Source: Candidatus Peribacteria bacterium (lineage in GTDB: Bacteria > Patescibacteriota > Gracilibacteria > Peribacterales > Peribacteraceae). From it: a stretch of DNA of 64,000 bases. Position 1 is the stretch's first letter. Every line of letters starts with the position of its first letter. This document shows positions 19,661 through 29,224 of the stretch, one piece after another. A program made the position numbers and the translations under genes. Where the stretch lies: assembly GCA_016866875.1 (NCBI GenBank), contig VGKY01000001.1:56057-120056 (forward strand). The letters run 5' to 3'. A model generated the notes under the pieces. It was not told the origin of the DNA and made no database searches. It was given only the letters and a program-made list of their open reading frames with translations.

Positions 19661-22057
19661 GTGCCCAAGCATCTCGTCATCGTCGAAAGCCCCACGAAGG
19701 CCCGGACCATCAAGAGGTTTCTCGGGAAGGATTTCACGGTGGAGGCGAGCATGGGACATGTCCGAGATCTTCCGGAGAGCAAACTTGGTGTCGATCCTGA
19801 CGATGGATTTTCTCCAGAGTATGAGGTGCCGGAGGAGAAGAAGGCCGTTGTCAAAAAGCTGCAAGCAGCTCTCAATGACAGCGACGAGCTCTGGATCGCG
19901 ACTGATGAGGATCGCGAAGGAGAGGCCATCGGTTGGCATCTTGTGGAGACGCTCAAGCGCAAGGTTAACCAGCCCGTGCGACGCATCGTCTTTCATGAGA
20001 TCACCGAGGAGGCGATCCATAAGGCCGCTGCCCATCCTCGGGACATCGATACGAAACTTGTGGATGCTCAGCAGGCTCGCCGGATCCTCGATCGCCTCGT
20101 CGGCTATACCCTCTCCCCTTTCCTCTGGAAGAAGGTATACCGCGGGCTCTCCGCAGGCCGTGTGCAGTCTGTCGCCGTGCGTATCATCGTCGATCGCGAA
20201 CGCGAGATCCGGGCATTTCGTCCCCAGGAGTACTGGACGATTGAGGCTACGCTGGAGACGAAGGAGAAGGAGGCATTTGTGGCGAAACTCTCAGCGAAAG
20301 ATGGAAAGAAATTCGTCCCCACGTCTGGGGCGGAGTCTGATGCCGTTGTGCAAGCCGTAACGGGTCGTCCCTTCAGCGTTTCCTCCGTGGAGGAGAAAGA
20401 GATTCAGCGTACGCCACCAGCCCCCTTCACCACGTCGACACTTCAGCAGGAGGCCGGACGGAAGCTCGGGTTTTCCGTGAAGCAAACCATGATGGTGGCC
20501 CAGCAGCTCTACGAAGGCGTCGATCTCGGAGCCGGCAGCGGCCACACCGGTCTCATTACCTACATGCGTACGGATTCGGTGAACGTAAGTGAGAAGGCCC
20601 TTGGGGAAGCCAAGGCGGCTATCGAGAAGCACTATGGTCGCGAGTACGTCCTTTCCGAGCCTCGGAAGTACAAGACCAAGAGCAAAGGAGCACAGGAAGC
20701 TCATGAGGCGATCCGCCCAACCGAGATCAGCCGGACGCCACAGTTCCTTGCCGATGTCCTCGATCATCAGCAGCTCAAGCTCTACACGCTCATCTGGAAT
20801 CGGACGGTGGCTACACAGATGGCCGGAGCGCAGCTCAAGCGTGTTGGCGCGGACATTGCGGTAGATGCCTACACATTTCGTGCCACCGGACAGACAGTGG
20901 TCTTCGATGGATTCCTGCGTCTCTATCGCGAGGATCGTGACGAGCCGGAGGCGGGCAAGACGGGAGAAGACGATGATGACAGCGAAAAGATCCTCCCTCC
21001 CCTTACTGAGGGGCAATCCCTCGATTGCACGGGCATTGTCCCCGAGCAGCACTTCACGAAGCCTCCACCGCGGTACACCGAGGCGAGCCTCGTGAAGAAG
21101 TTGGAGGAGGAGGGCATCGGACGTCCGAGCACCTACGCCCCGACCATCTCCACGATCCAGCAGCGTGGATACATCAAGAAAGAGGGCAAGCAGCTTCAGC
21201 CTGAGGATGTCGCCTTCACCGTTACCGATCTCCTCACGGAGCACTTCTGCGATATCGTTGACCTGGGATTCACGGCACAGATGGAGCAATCTCTCGATGA
21301 TGTGGCGGAAGGGGAAAAGGATTGGCAGAAATTTTTGGGATCCTTCTATAAGCCGTTCAAGGCGCTCATTGCTCAAAAGAATGAGGAGGTTAGCCGTGAT
21401 GATGTGCTCAAGGAGCGCATCCTCGGCAAGGATCCTGCATCAGGACTCGAGGTGCTCGTACGTACAGGGCGATTTGGCCCGTACGTGCAGCTCGGACGCT
21501 CCGAAGCCATGGCCGATGTACCTGTGGAGCTTGCAAGCGAGCCAAGGAAAACGCAGCCGAAGAAGTCAGCGAAGATGAAGAAGATCAAGCCGAAGAGTGC
21601 CTCTATCCCGAAGAATCTGAGCAAAGACAGCATCACCCTTGCACAAGCATTATCGCTTCTGAGCTTCCCTCGGATGCTCGGGGTGCACGGTGGTCACTCC
21701 ATGGAGGTCCATCGTGGGCGCTTTGGCCCCTATCTCAAGTGTGGTGAGGCAACCGTGAGCCTTCGCGATATCGATCCCCTTTCCGTGGATCTCCCTCAAG
21801 CGATTGCTTTGCTCAGTACGGCCAAGGAAATGCGTGCAAAGGCCGCAGAGCCTCTGAAGACTCTCGGTACCGATCCTGCAACGGGCGGTACGATTTTGCT
21901 CAAAGACGGACGATACGGTCCCTACGTGACCGATGGAAAAACCAATGCGTCCCTGCCCAAGAAGTTCACGCCCGACACCGTGACGCATCAGGATGCCGTG
22001 GAGATCCTCGCAAAAAAGCGCGCGGCACCACCGAGGAAGTGGGGAAAGAAAAAATGA
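19661..22057 (+). CDS. topA: DNA topoisomerase I with C-terminal Topo_C repeats
   Basis: LVIVESPTKA, DEDREGE, SAGRVQS, ITYMRTDS, GRFGPY repeats; GTG start at 19661. Confidence 0.97.
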   Translation: MPKHLVIVESPTKARTIKRFLGKDFTVEASMGHVRDLPESKLGVDPDDGFSPEYEVPEEKKAVVKKLQAALNDSDELWIATDEDREGEAIGWHLVETLKRKVNQPVRRIVFHEITEEAIHKAAAHPRDIDTKLVDAQQARRILDRLVGYTLSPFLWKKVYRGLSAGRVQSVAVRIIVDREREIRAFRPQEYWTIEATLETKEKEAFVAKLSAKDGKKFVPTSGAESDAVVQAVTGRPFSVSSVEEKEIQRTPPAPFTTSTLQQEAGRKLGFSVKQTMMVAQQLYEGVDLGAGSGHTGLITYMRTDSVNVSEKALGEAKAAIEKHYGREYVLSEPRKYKTKSKGAQEAHEAIRPTEISRTPQFLADVLDHQQLKLYTLIWNRTVATQMAGAQLKRVGADIAVDAYTFRATGQTVVFDGFLRLYREDRDEPEAGKTGEDDDDSEKILPPLTEGQSLDCTGIVPEQHFTKPPPRYTEASLVKKLEEEGIGRPSTYAPTISTIQQRGYIKKEGKQLQPEDVAFTVTDLLTEHFCDIVDLGFTAQMEQSLDDVAEGEKDWQKFLGSFYKPFKALIAQKNEEVSRDDVLKERILGKDPASGLEVLVRTGRFGPYVQLGRSEAMADVPVELASEPRKTQPKKSAKMKKIKPKSASIPKNLSKDSITLAQALSLLSFPRMLGVHGGHSMEVHRGRFGPYLKCGEATVSLRDIDPLSVDLPQAIALLSTAKEMRAKAAEPLKTLGTDPATGGTILLKDGRYGPYVTDGKTNASLPKKFTPDTVTHQDAVEILAKKRAAPPRKWGKKK

Positions 22058-22141
22058 TTGTTGTGTGCTTATTGTGTCTACCGTAGAGATGGCACTCTGT
22101 GCCGTCTCATACAAGGAGACGTGACAGAGTCGCGTCTTTAC
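22002..22141 (+). repeat. Direct repeat copy 1 (topA 3' end plus REP doublet)
   Basis: Aligns without gaps to 23622-23761 (offset 1620 bp). Confidence 0.95.
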
Positions 22142-23469
22142 TGTCTGTGCTCTACTGGTGCCAAGCGATTTCTGGCAACACGGTAAGCTGTTCGGTCCAC
22201 GGGTGCAAAGGCGTGCCCGGTGCGAAAAAACGACGGACGAATAAGGCCGCGAATTTCCTGTTCCCATTGCTGAAGTTCCAGCGGTTTTTCTGCGGCGCTG
22301 AGAATGGCCGCATTCGTTTTCTCATCGAATGAAGTTTGATCGAGAGACATAATTAAGATATTACGATTTAACCATCTCTGGTGTACGCACTCAGCGAGCA
22401 GGAACAGCAGGGGGCGTGAGGGTTGACTGGATTTCTGCATTGCAGCGATGACATGCGGTAATGCCGATCGATCGCCGACCATAGCCAAGCGCATTCCCAG
22501 CACGCACGCGAGCACCGCATTGTGTGGGTATGCCATCCTTCCAACTCTCAGGGTTTCTATCGCTTCCGCACTTCTCCCGAGATCGTGGAGAATCCCCGCT
22601 CGCATATTGCAGAGGTGCGCATCCTCCATCCCCTTTCCCTTCGCTTCGTCGAGAGTCGAGAGCGCCTCTTCACTCCTCTTAAGATCGTGGAGAATCCCCG
22701 CTCGCATATTGCAGAGGTGCGCATCCTCCATCCCCTTTCCCTTCGCTTCGTCGAGAGTCGAGAGCGCCTCTTCACTCCTCTTAAGATCGTGGAGAATCCC
22801 CGCTCGCATATTGCAGAGGTGGGCATTCTCCATCCCCTTTCCCTTCGCTTCGTCGAGAGTCGAGAGCGCCTCTTCACTCCTCTTAAGATCGTGGAGAATC
22901 CCCGCTCGCATATTGCAGAGGTGCGCATCCTCCATCCCCTTTCCCTTCGCTTCGTCGAGAGTCGAGAGCGCCTCTTCACTCCTCTTAAGATCGTGGAGAA
23001 TCCTCGCTCGCATATTGCAGAGGTGGGCATTCTCCATCCCCTTTCCCTTCGCTTCGTCGAGAGTCGAGAGCGCCTCTTCACTCCTCTTAAGATCGTGGAG
23101 AATCCCCGCCCTGATATTTGCCGATGCAGCATTCTCCATCCCCTTTTCCTTCGCTTCGTCGAGAGTCGAGAGCGCCTCTTCACTCCTCTTAAGATCGTGG
23201 AGAATCCCCGCTCGCATATTGCAGAGGTGGGCATTCTCCAGCCCCTTGCTTACACATTCAGCGATGATAGTGAGGCAGGCATCAGTATCACGAGACAGGA
23301 GGTCCCTGAGGACCAATGTGACAATCTTTCCAGTGTTGAGCATACTTCCCTCAATGCGTTGGATGACCTCGGTAAGGCCCACTCCACCTTCAATCTCATC
23401 AAGAGCAGTACAAGCGATTGCGTGTTCTGCGCTTTTTTCTGCATGTACTAACCGTGTGCTTTTCGCCAT
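22138..23469 (-). CDS. TPR-like repeat protein with ~6.5 near-identical 34-aa repeats
   Basis: Unit AHLCNMRAGILHDLKRSEEALSTLDEAKGKGME(D/N); AT-rich promoter upstream. Confidence 0.85.
   Translation of the reverse strand: MAKSTRLVHAEKSAEHAIACTALDEIEGGVGLTEVIQRIEGSMLNTGKIVTLVLRDLLSRDTDACLTIIAECVSKGLENAHLCNMRAGILHDLKRSEEALSTLDEAKEKGMENAASANIRAGILHDLKRSEEALSTLDEAKGKGMENAHLCNMRARILHDLKRSEEALSTLDEAKGKGMEDAHLCNMRAGILHDLKRSEEALSTLDEAKGKGMENAHLCNMRAGILHDLKRSEEALSTLDEAKGKGMEDAHLCNMRAGILHDLKRSEEALSTLDEAKGKGMEDAHLCNMRAGILHDLGRSAEAIETLRVGRMAYPHNAVLACVLGMRLAMVGDRSALPHVIAAMQKSSQPSRPLLFLLAECVHQRWLNRNILIMSLDQTSFDEKTNAAILSAAEKPLELQQWEQEIRGLIRPSFFRTGHAFAPVDRTAYRVARNRLAPVEHRQ
22580..23240. repeat. 102-bp tandem repeat, ~6.5 copies (coding)
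   Basis: Near-identical units visible directly. Confidence 0.95.
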
Positions 23470-23621
23470 TATTATATATTATATTACTATTATTTATTAA
23501 GTCAAATCAGCCATAAAAGTCATACTTCTATAGCTTCGCATCAAATTTCCTAGCATCTCGGCTTTGCTCACTCTTCGATCGTAGGGCGGGGTAGCAAAAC
23601 CAATGGATCCCTATGCATCGC

Positions 23622-23761
23622 AGATCCTCGCAAGAAAGCGAGCGGCACCGCCGCGGAAGTGGGGAAAGAAAAAATGATTGTTGTGTGCTTATTGTGTCTA
23701 CCGTAGAGATGGCACTCTGTGCCGTCTCCCATAATCAGACGTGACAGAGTCGCGTCTCTAC
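23622..23761 (+). repeat. Direct repeat copy 2 (orphan topA 3' end plus REP doublet)
   Basis: Encodes ILARKRAAPPRKWGKKK* with no upstream topA. Confidence 0.95.
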
Positions 23762-23771
23762 CTTTAGGAGC

Positions 23772-24120
23772 GTTATCATGCTTGATCAGTCAATGATCAT
23801 CCTTGATAGGATCCTGTGATCACTCCTCTTCATGCTTGATCATGCATAGGTCAGCTCATGTTCATGACGATCATCATGATGATGGTCTCTTTCCTACGTA
23901 TGTTGCGTACGCATGATCTCTTCAGAGAGGATTTTTGCTCTATCTAGGGCTCAAAAAAATTCATAAAGCGAATATTTTCCCGGTGTGATGATGCGTCAGA
24001 TCATCATCAGATATGCATCATGCCCATATTCATGACTACGCACCCACTCCCCTCCTCTGTCGAGTCGTGATGATTGCATGCGTACTCACTGTGCTTATCA
24101 TGAGCATACTCTGATCATCT
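23772..24120. repeat. Cluster of T(G/C)AT(C/G)A hexamers (putative binding-site/centromere-like array)
   Basis: TGATCA x5, TCATGA x4, several TGATGA/TCATCA; TCATGCTTGATCA twice. Confidence 0.65.
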
Positions 24121-24132
24121 TCTTTGACTACC

Positions 24133-24696
24133 ATGCATGATTCTTCCGCTACAGCTACGGCTCCGTATATTTCTATCAAAGAGGCCTCGATCCGGTACCA
24201 GAAGGCGGAGATCACCATCAGGCGCTTTGTGCGCTCAGTATTGGAGCAGGAGAAGTGTGCAGAGCGCACCATGATCCACCCTCTTCCTTCGGAGGCGGTC
24301 AAACTCAAAAAGCAGAAGAAGCCCTTTGCCTATACGATCAGTGAAGACCTTCTCAAGAAGCAGTACGGAGAGGGTTCTGCATCGAGTGCATCCCATGGAT
24401 CAGGCCACGGCTCCTACATGCATCTCCTCGAGCGTACGAATAGAAACCTTGAGGACCAAATGAAGGTGAAAGACGAGCAGATTCGTGTACTCGCCCAAGC
24501 GATCGACGGTCTCTCCGAGCGGCAGCGCGAGACGAATGTGCTCATGAAGGGCTTGCAGGAGAGGTTTTTCCTGAGTGCGCCGAAGGAGGAGATTGTCGAA
24601 GGAGTTGCAGAGATTTCTCGGAGAAAGGCTAATCTATCAAATATTAAGCAGAAGAAAAAACAGAAGTCCGGTATAATTGGGTGGCTCTTCTCCTAG
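24133..24696 (+). CDS. HTH + coiled-coil protein with amphipathic C-terminal tail
   Basis: YISIKEAS..AEITIRRFV; LEDQMKVKDEQI..ERQRETNVLMKGLQ; KKKQKSGIIGWLFS. Confidence 0.8.
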   Translation: MHDSSATATAPYISIKEASIRYQKAEITIRRFVRSVLEQEKCAERTMIHPLPSEAVKLKKQKKPFAYTISEDLLKKQYGEGSASSASHGSGHGSYMHLLERTNRNLEDQMKVKDEQIRVLAQAIDGLSERQRETNVLMKGLQERFFLSAPKEEIVEGVAEISRRKANLSNIKQKKKQKSGIIGWLFS

Positions 24697-24714
24697 GTGT
24701 ACTTCACATTTTGA

Positions 24715-26475
24715 TTACTGCTTCATGATAACAGCAGGGTCGATTTCTTGGGCAATGGTGTATGCACGCTCGGCTTCTTCAACTTTCCCCAGAGCTCTGA
24801 GGATCGCCGCAAATTCCGCGTGTGCCTCTGCCGAGTTTCCATTCCATGCCAAGGCTGTTTCAACCTCGTGCTGTGCCGCTGGTAGATCCTTCTTCTCTGT
24901 CCGAAGCAAGCGTGCCAGCCGAATGCGTGCGATGACGAAGGAGGGATCCATGCTGATTACCTTTGCAAATCCTTCCATTGCTGCTTCCTTCTGACCGGTT
25001 TGTTCCGCTAGCGATGCAAGATCGAAGAGAGGACTCGGGTCATCGGGTTTCATGTTTTGAGCGATGAGAAATTCTGCATGAGCCTCTGGCAAGTGTCCGG
25101 TTTCCGCGTAGAGATACCCAAGTTGCAGATGGAGCTCCATCGCGTCTGCCGTGCGGATCCCGGCTTTTAATAGATCATATGCCTCTTGGGGTTTTCCTTC
25201 GCGTCGCAGTTTTCGTGCAAGATTTGTTCGTGCTCTTGTGGCCTCGGGATAATTCTTGAGTGCATGCGTAAAAAGCGATGTCTGCGATTGCCAAACTGCA
25301 GTTTGTTTTGCGGAAAGTCCGGTCATGATCATGAGGATGATCACGATCAGGCATCGCATAGTCACCGCTCTGAGGGATCTAGCTATGTGAGCAAGACACA
25401 GCGTTACCATGAGAAAGAAACCTATGGATGGAAGATAAGCATAGCGGTCAACGGCAAAGTAAAGATCGCCAGCTCTGCGGAAATGCAGGAACGTCGGGGA
25501 GAGGAATACGAGGTAGGAGAGAAATCCCAAAACTAGGATTGGAGAACACTTGCGAGCTTTTATGATCCATCCGCACATGCCGATAAATGCTGCGACGGAT
25601 ATCCAGATGCGTGGGTCGCCGATGTGCACCTCGCCTGCATAGGGATAGAAGATGCTAAGGCGAATCGGCAGGACAAGTTTGGTGAGATAAAAGACACTGC
25701 TTTTCATACTCAGAAGCATGGTTTCCGCGATGCGCATCTGCGTGAGCACCTGTTCTTTTCCGCCCATGGCAACAAATGCCATCACACACGAGAGAACAAG
25801 ATAGGGGATTTGTTTGCGAAGTAGCTTTTTCCAGCTCTTTTCACCCAGAATGAGCACGTCGTACAGTAGGAATACGGCCGGAAGAACAAATGGTGTTATC
25901 TTGCTGAGAAGAGCGCAGAAGAATGTGAGGATACTCAAGGCGTATGCATGCTCGATCACCTGTTTGTCGCGCCTGCACAGATAGAGGTTGAAGCTCAGGA
26001 GAATGAATGCGGTCGAAAGAAGGTCCTTGCGTGCTGAAGCCCAGACTACTGCCTCCGTATGGAGCGGGTGAATGGCAAACATGAGCCCCGCAACGATAGA
26101 GGCATTTCTATAACCGGTGATTCGTGAAAGCAGTGCCATCGCCAGCATGCTATTGATGATGTGTAGAGCAAGATTTGTCGCATGGTAGATCCAGGGATCA
26201 AGGCCGGCGATCATGTAGTTGATCTGAAAGCTGATGATGGTCAGTGGCACATAAAGCTCGGGGTCATAGGTGGAGAATGCAAGGTAAAGAGTGTGGGGAG
26301 ATATTCCTCTGATACTGAGATTGCGCACGATTAAAAAAGCATCATCGATCGGGGAAAATCCATGCAGGAGCGACCAGCCGAATGCAAGCAGAACGAGGAT
26401 GATAGTTGCAATGCATGCTTTGCCCCATGTGGGACCCCAGGACTGCTGCTGATGATGAGATGAGAATTGCGACAT
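24715..26475 (-). CDS. TMTC-like GT-C membrane glycosyltransferase with C-terminal TPRs
   Basis: DD..IVRN, YVPLT, HPLHTEAVVW..ARKD, DRYAYLPS, W....LF..AL, then TPRs. Confidence 0.85.
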   Translation of the reverse strand: MSQFSSHHQQQSWGPTWGKACIATIILVLLAFGWSLLHGFSPIDDAFLIVRNLSIRGISPHTLYLAFSTYDPELYVPLTIISFQINYMIAGLDPWIYHATNLALHIINSMLAMALLSRITGYRNASIVAGLMFAIHPLHTEAVVWASARKDLLSTAFILLSFNLYLCRRDKQVIEHAYALSILTFFCALLSKITPFVLPAVFLLYDVLILGEKSWKKLLRKQIPYLVLSCVMAFVAMGGKEQVLTQMRIAETMLLSMKSSVFYLTKLVLPIRLSIFYPYAGEVHIGDPRIWISVAAFIGMCGWIIKARKCSPILVLGFLSYLVFLSPTFLHFRRAGDLYFAVDRYAYLPSIGFFLMVTLCLAHIARSLRAVTMRCLIVIILMIMTGLSAKQTAVWQSQTSLFTHALKNYPEATRARTNLARKLRREGKPQEAYDLLKAGIRTADAMELHLQLGYLYAETGHLPEAHAEFLIAQNMKPDDPSPLFDLASLAEQTGQKEAAMEGFAKVISMDPSFVIARIRLARLLRTEKKDLPAAQHEVETALAWNGNSAEAHAEFAAILRALGKVEEAERAYTIAQEIDPAVIMKQ

Positions 26476-26604
26476 TCCAATAATGAGATTAACAGGCGCT
26501 GTCAGCCGTCGCCAAGGCTATGGCCGACAGCTCGCAGATAACAAATTCTGCAATGCGGTTTGATGCTGCTCAATTCTGGCACGCCACGTCGCTCGCGAGC
26601 GACG

Positions 26605-26680
26605 TGGCAGGCGCTGTAGGGATCGAACCTACGACCTTCGGTTTTGGAGACCGACGCTCTACCGACTGAGCTAAGCGCCT
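26605..26680 (-). tRNA. tRNA-Trp (CCA)
   Basis: Cloverleaf AGGCGCTTAGCTCAG...CTCCAAA...GGTTCGATCCC...GCCA, 76 nt, CCA end encoded. Confidence 0.95.
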
Positions 26681-26779
26681 ACGAACGCATTCTACCTTCA
26701 CTTCTCCCTCAAGAAAAACCGACGACCCTGAGGCCGTCGGCATGCTGTTTGTTGGTGGGAAGAGTGGCGCCCCGGTCGG

Positions 26780-27172
26780 CTACGAGCCAACAGGGGCAAC
26801 TGTGTACGGTGGTGACACTTTGATACTCCTTTCTAGTCGCCCGAAGGCGATATCGAATTCCAATAAACGGCTGGTCGATTCTATGGATCAGTGCTGCCTG
26901 GTCAACACATTTCCCACACTTTTGGTTTGTCCCGAAAGGGCGTCGTCACAGGTGATAACGGTGCGATATTGGGCGACGGCATCGGCAATACACGCCTCAA
27001 GATCGGTCTCCAGCAATTTCACATTTGTCTGAGCTCTCAGTCGTAGCCGCACACCTTTGATCATTCCTTCAAAGATCGTTTTCGGGCGGACACCGATCGA
27101 GCTTGCTATGAGACCCCAGAGCTCCGCATCCGTCCACGTCAGTACCGTTGGCTAGTCGATAGTGTCAGTCAT
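26780..27172 (-). pseudogene. Possible decayed ORF with two in-frame stops
   Basis: MTDTID*PTVLTWTDAELWGLIASS...RQH*SIEST...GS*; no family recognised. Confidence 0.3.
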
Positions 27173-27276
27173 GGTCGCGGCAGAGTGTCAGATCGTTTTG
27201 TGATCTGCAAGGCCACTGTTCTTCGAAAATATGCCGCTGCCCCAATGGGGGATTTTGTGCTATACTGCTTGGATTT

Positions 27277-28128
27277 ATGCGCATCGATATCGAAATCCCA
27301 CAGCCGATTGCCGCAATAGTGAGTATCAGCGTCACGCTCGCGGCGATTGCCTTCGTGGACCACATGACCGGGTTCTCCGTGCAAGCGAGCCTTGCCCAAG
27401 GCGGTGAGACCACGCAGGAATCCATTCACGCTGCAGAGGAGGATGCGCTCAGGCTTCGCCAGCAGCAGGCCGTGCTTCAGAAGCGCGAGGAAATCCTGCG
27501 ATACCAACTCGAACTTCTGCGTCAGGAGCGGCGCGTGCGTGGCAGCAGTCTGCCGTCTGCTATGGCAGCAGAGATTGATCGTAGTGAGCAGATGCTTCTC
27601 GATCTCTTGCGTGACCAGCAGGAGGCTGAGGGCAAGATCCTCCTCACACTTCAGCAGATCTGGGAGGCCGAAGGACGTGCCATTGCCCTCACCCGTTCGG
27701 CATCACTCGGGCAAGTGAATCTCCGTTGGCCGGTGGACCCAACACTCGGAGTCTCGGCAGGATTTGGTGACGCTCATTACGAGGAGATCTTCGGTATGCC
27801 TCACAAGGCCATCGATATTCCGGTAGAGCAGGGGACTCTGGTGAGCAGTGCGGCCGATGGGGTTGTCGAAGAGGTCAGCGACAACGGCTACGGATTTAAC
27901 TCCGTGACTATTCGTCACGACGGTTACGCAACGCTCTATGGTCATGTGGAATCCTTCCTCGTTTCCGAGGGGGACACGGTGCGTGCAGGCGAACCTATCG
28001 CGCTCTCCGGTGGTCGCCCCGGATCGCGCGGTGCGGGTCATCTTTCCACGGGACCACACCTCCACTTCGAGTTGATCGTGCGTGGAGAGCGCGTGGATCC
28101 GATGGGGTACTTGCCTACGCAGCGCTAG
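27277..28128 (+). CDS. M23 peptidase with coiled coil
   Basis: HKAID, YGH, STGPHLHFE. Confidence 0.9.
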   Translation: MRIDIEIPQPIAAIVSISVTLAAIAFVDHMTGFSVQASLAQGGETTQESIHAAEEDALRLRQQQAVLQKREEILRYQLELLRQERRVRGSSLPSAMAAEIDRSEQMLLDLLRDQQEAEGKILLTLQQIWEAEGRAIALTRSASLGQVNLRWPVDPTLGVSAGFGDAHYEEIFGMPHKAIDIPVEQGTLVSSAADGVVEEVSDNGYGFNSVTIRHDGYATLYGHVESFLVSEGDTVRAGEPIALSGGRPGSRGAGHLSTGPHLHFELIVRGERVDPMGYLPTQR

Positions 28129-29212
28129 ATTGTGCGTAGGCGTCGGTCATGCCTGACACATAGTCTTTTATGGCTTCTGGAAGGGCTGAACCATGCTTAG
28201 TCATAAGATCATGTATACGCTGATCAGGCTTGATCATGTACTGCTCACAGAGCTTGTTGATGACCCTCTGCCCCTCGAAGCTGCGTGAGCGCACATCGGG
28301 GTGCAGATACATGTTCTTCCACAAAAATTCGCGGATTTCCGTTGTGGCCTTCTGCGTGTCTTGGCAAAAGCCTGCAAGAGGTACGGTGCACGCGTAGACA
28401 TCATCGAGGGTGCTGACACCCTGATCACGCATACGCTCTTGGGTAGTCATGAGCAGATCTGTGACAAGCAGGTGGATGATCGTTCCGCGCAGTGCAGTGC
28501 CGCGGGGTTGCGCGAGTGTTCTCGCGCGTTCAATGAATGAGATCTTGCAGATGTCTTTGAGTGAAAAGAGTTCAGCGCGCAGACCGTCTTCGCAGTCGTG
28601 TCCGGTGTAGGCAATCTCGTCGGCAAGGTTCACCACTTGCGCTTCGAGAGTACTGCGTAGCGGAGGTTCATGCACTTCCGCTACGAAGCCATCATGCGGT
28701 GTCCTGTGCTTGAGTAATCCTTCGAGAATTTCTCTGCTGAGATTGAGTCCGGGGAAGAGAGTGGAATGCTCAGCAAGTACCGTGACGATCCGGTGTGATT
28801 GCTCGTTGTGTTCAAAGGATCCGCCGTGGACCTTCATCCACTGGTCGAGTGCTTCTTCGCCGGCATGGCCAAAGGGTGGATGACCGAGATCATGTGCAAG
28901 AGCGATGCACTCCGTCAGATCTTCATTGAGGCCAAGTGCACGGGCGATGTCCCTGCTGATTTGGGCGACTTCAAGGGTGTGTGTCAGTCGTGTGCGTACA
29001 TGATCGTGCGTCCCTGCGAGAAAGACCTGGGTCTTGCCTTTGAGTCTCCGGAATGCCTGCGTGTGGATGATGCGATCGCGGTCACGCTGGAAGGGGAATC
29101 GGGTTTCATCCTCAGGCTCTTTGTACATTCTCCCAAGAAGGCCTTCGTGCGGTACGGCGTAGGGCGCAAGCAATGTGTTGGCTGCCGTTACTCGTGCATG
29201 AAGCGACTGCAT
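28115..29212 (-). CDS. dgt: Deoxyguanosinetriphosphate triphosphohydrolase (HD family)
   Basis: FQRDRDRI, FRRLKGKTQV, RTRLTHTLEV, HDLGHPPFGHAGE; AGGAGG SD. Confidence 0.93.
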   Translation of the reverse strand: MQSLHARVTAANTLLAPYAVPHEGLLGRMYKEPEDETRFPFQRDRDRIIHTQAFRRLKGKTQVFLAGTHDHVRTRLTHTLEVAQISRDIARALGLNEDLTECIALAHDLGHPPFGHAGEEALDQWMKVHGGSFEHNEQSHRIVTVLAEHSTLFPGLNLSREILEGLLKHRTPHDGFVAEVHEPPLRSTLEAQVVNLADEIAYTGHDCEDGLRAELFSLKDICKISFIERARTLAQPRGTALRGTIIHLLVTDLLMTTQERMRDQGVSTLDDVYACTVPLAGFCQDTQKATTEIREFLWKNMYLHPDVRSRSFEGQRVINKLCEQYMIKPDQRIHDLMTKHGSALPEAIKDYVSGMTDAYAQSSAA

Positions 29213-29224
29213 GACACCTCCTAT

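Noticed and set aside
22580..23240. CRISPR array or TAL-effector repeats
   Set aside because: Units are contiguous 102-bp coding repeats with no unique spacers and no cas genes; the sequence does not resemble the TALE consensus.
22002..23761. Diversity-generating retroelement TR/VR pair
   Set aside because: Mismatches are not confined to adenines of one copy, are mostly synonymous, and there is no reverse transcriptase in the window.
23772..24120. oriC
   Set aside because: No clear TTATCCACA DnaA boxes and no dnaA/dnaN; GATC richness alone is insufficient.
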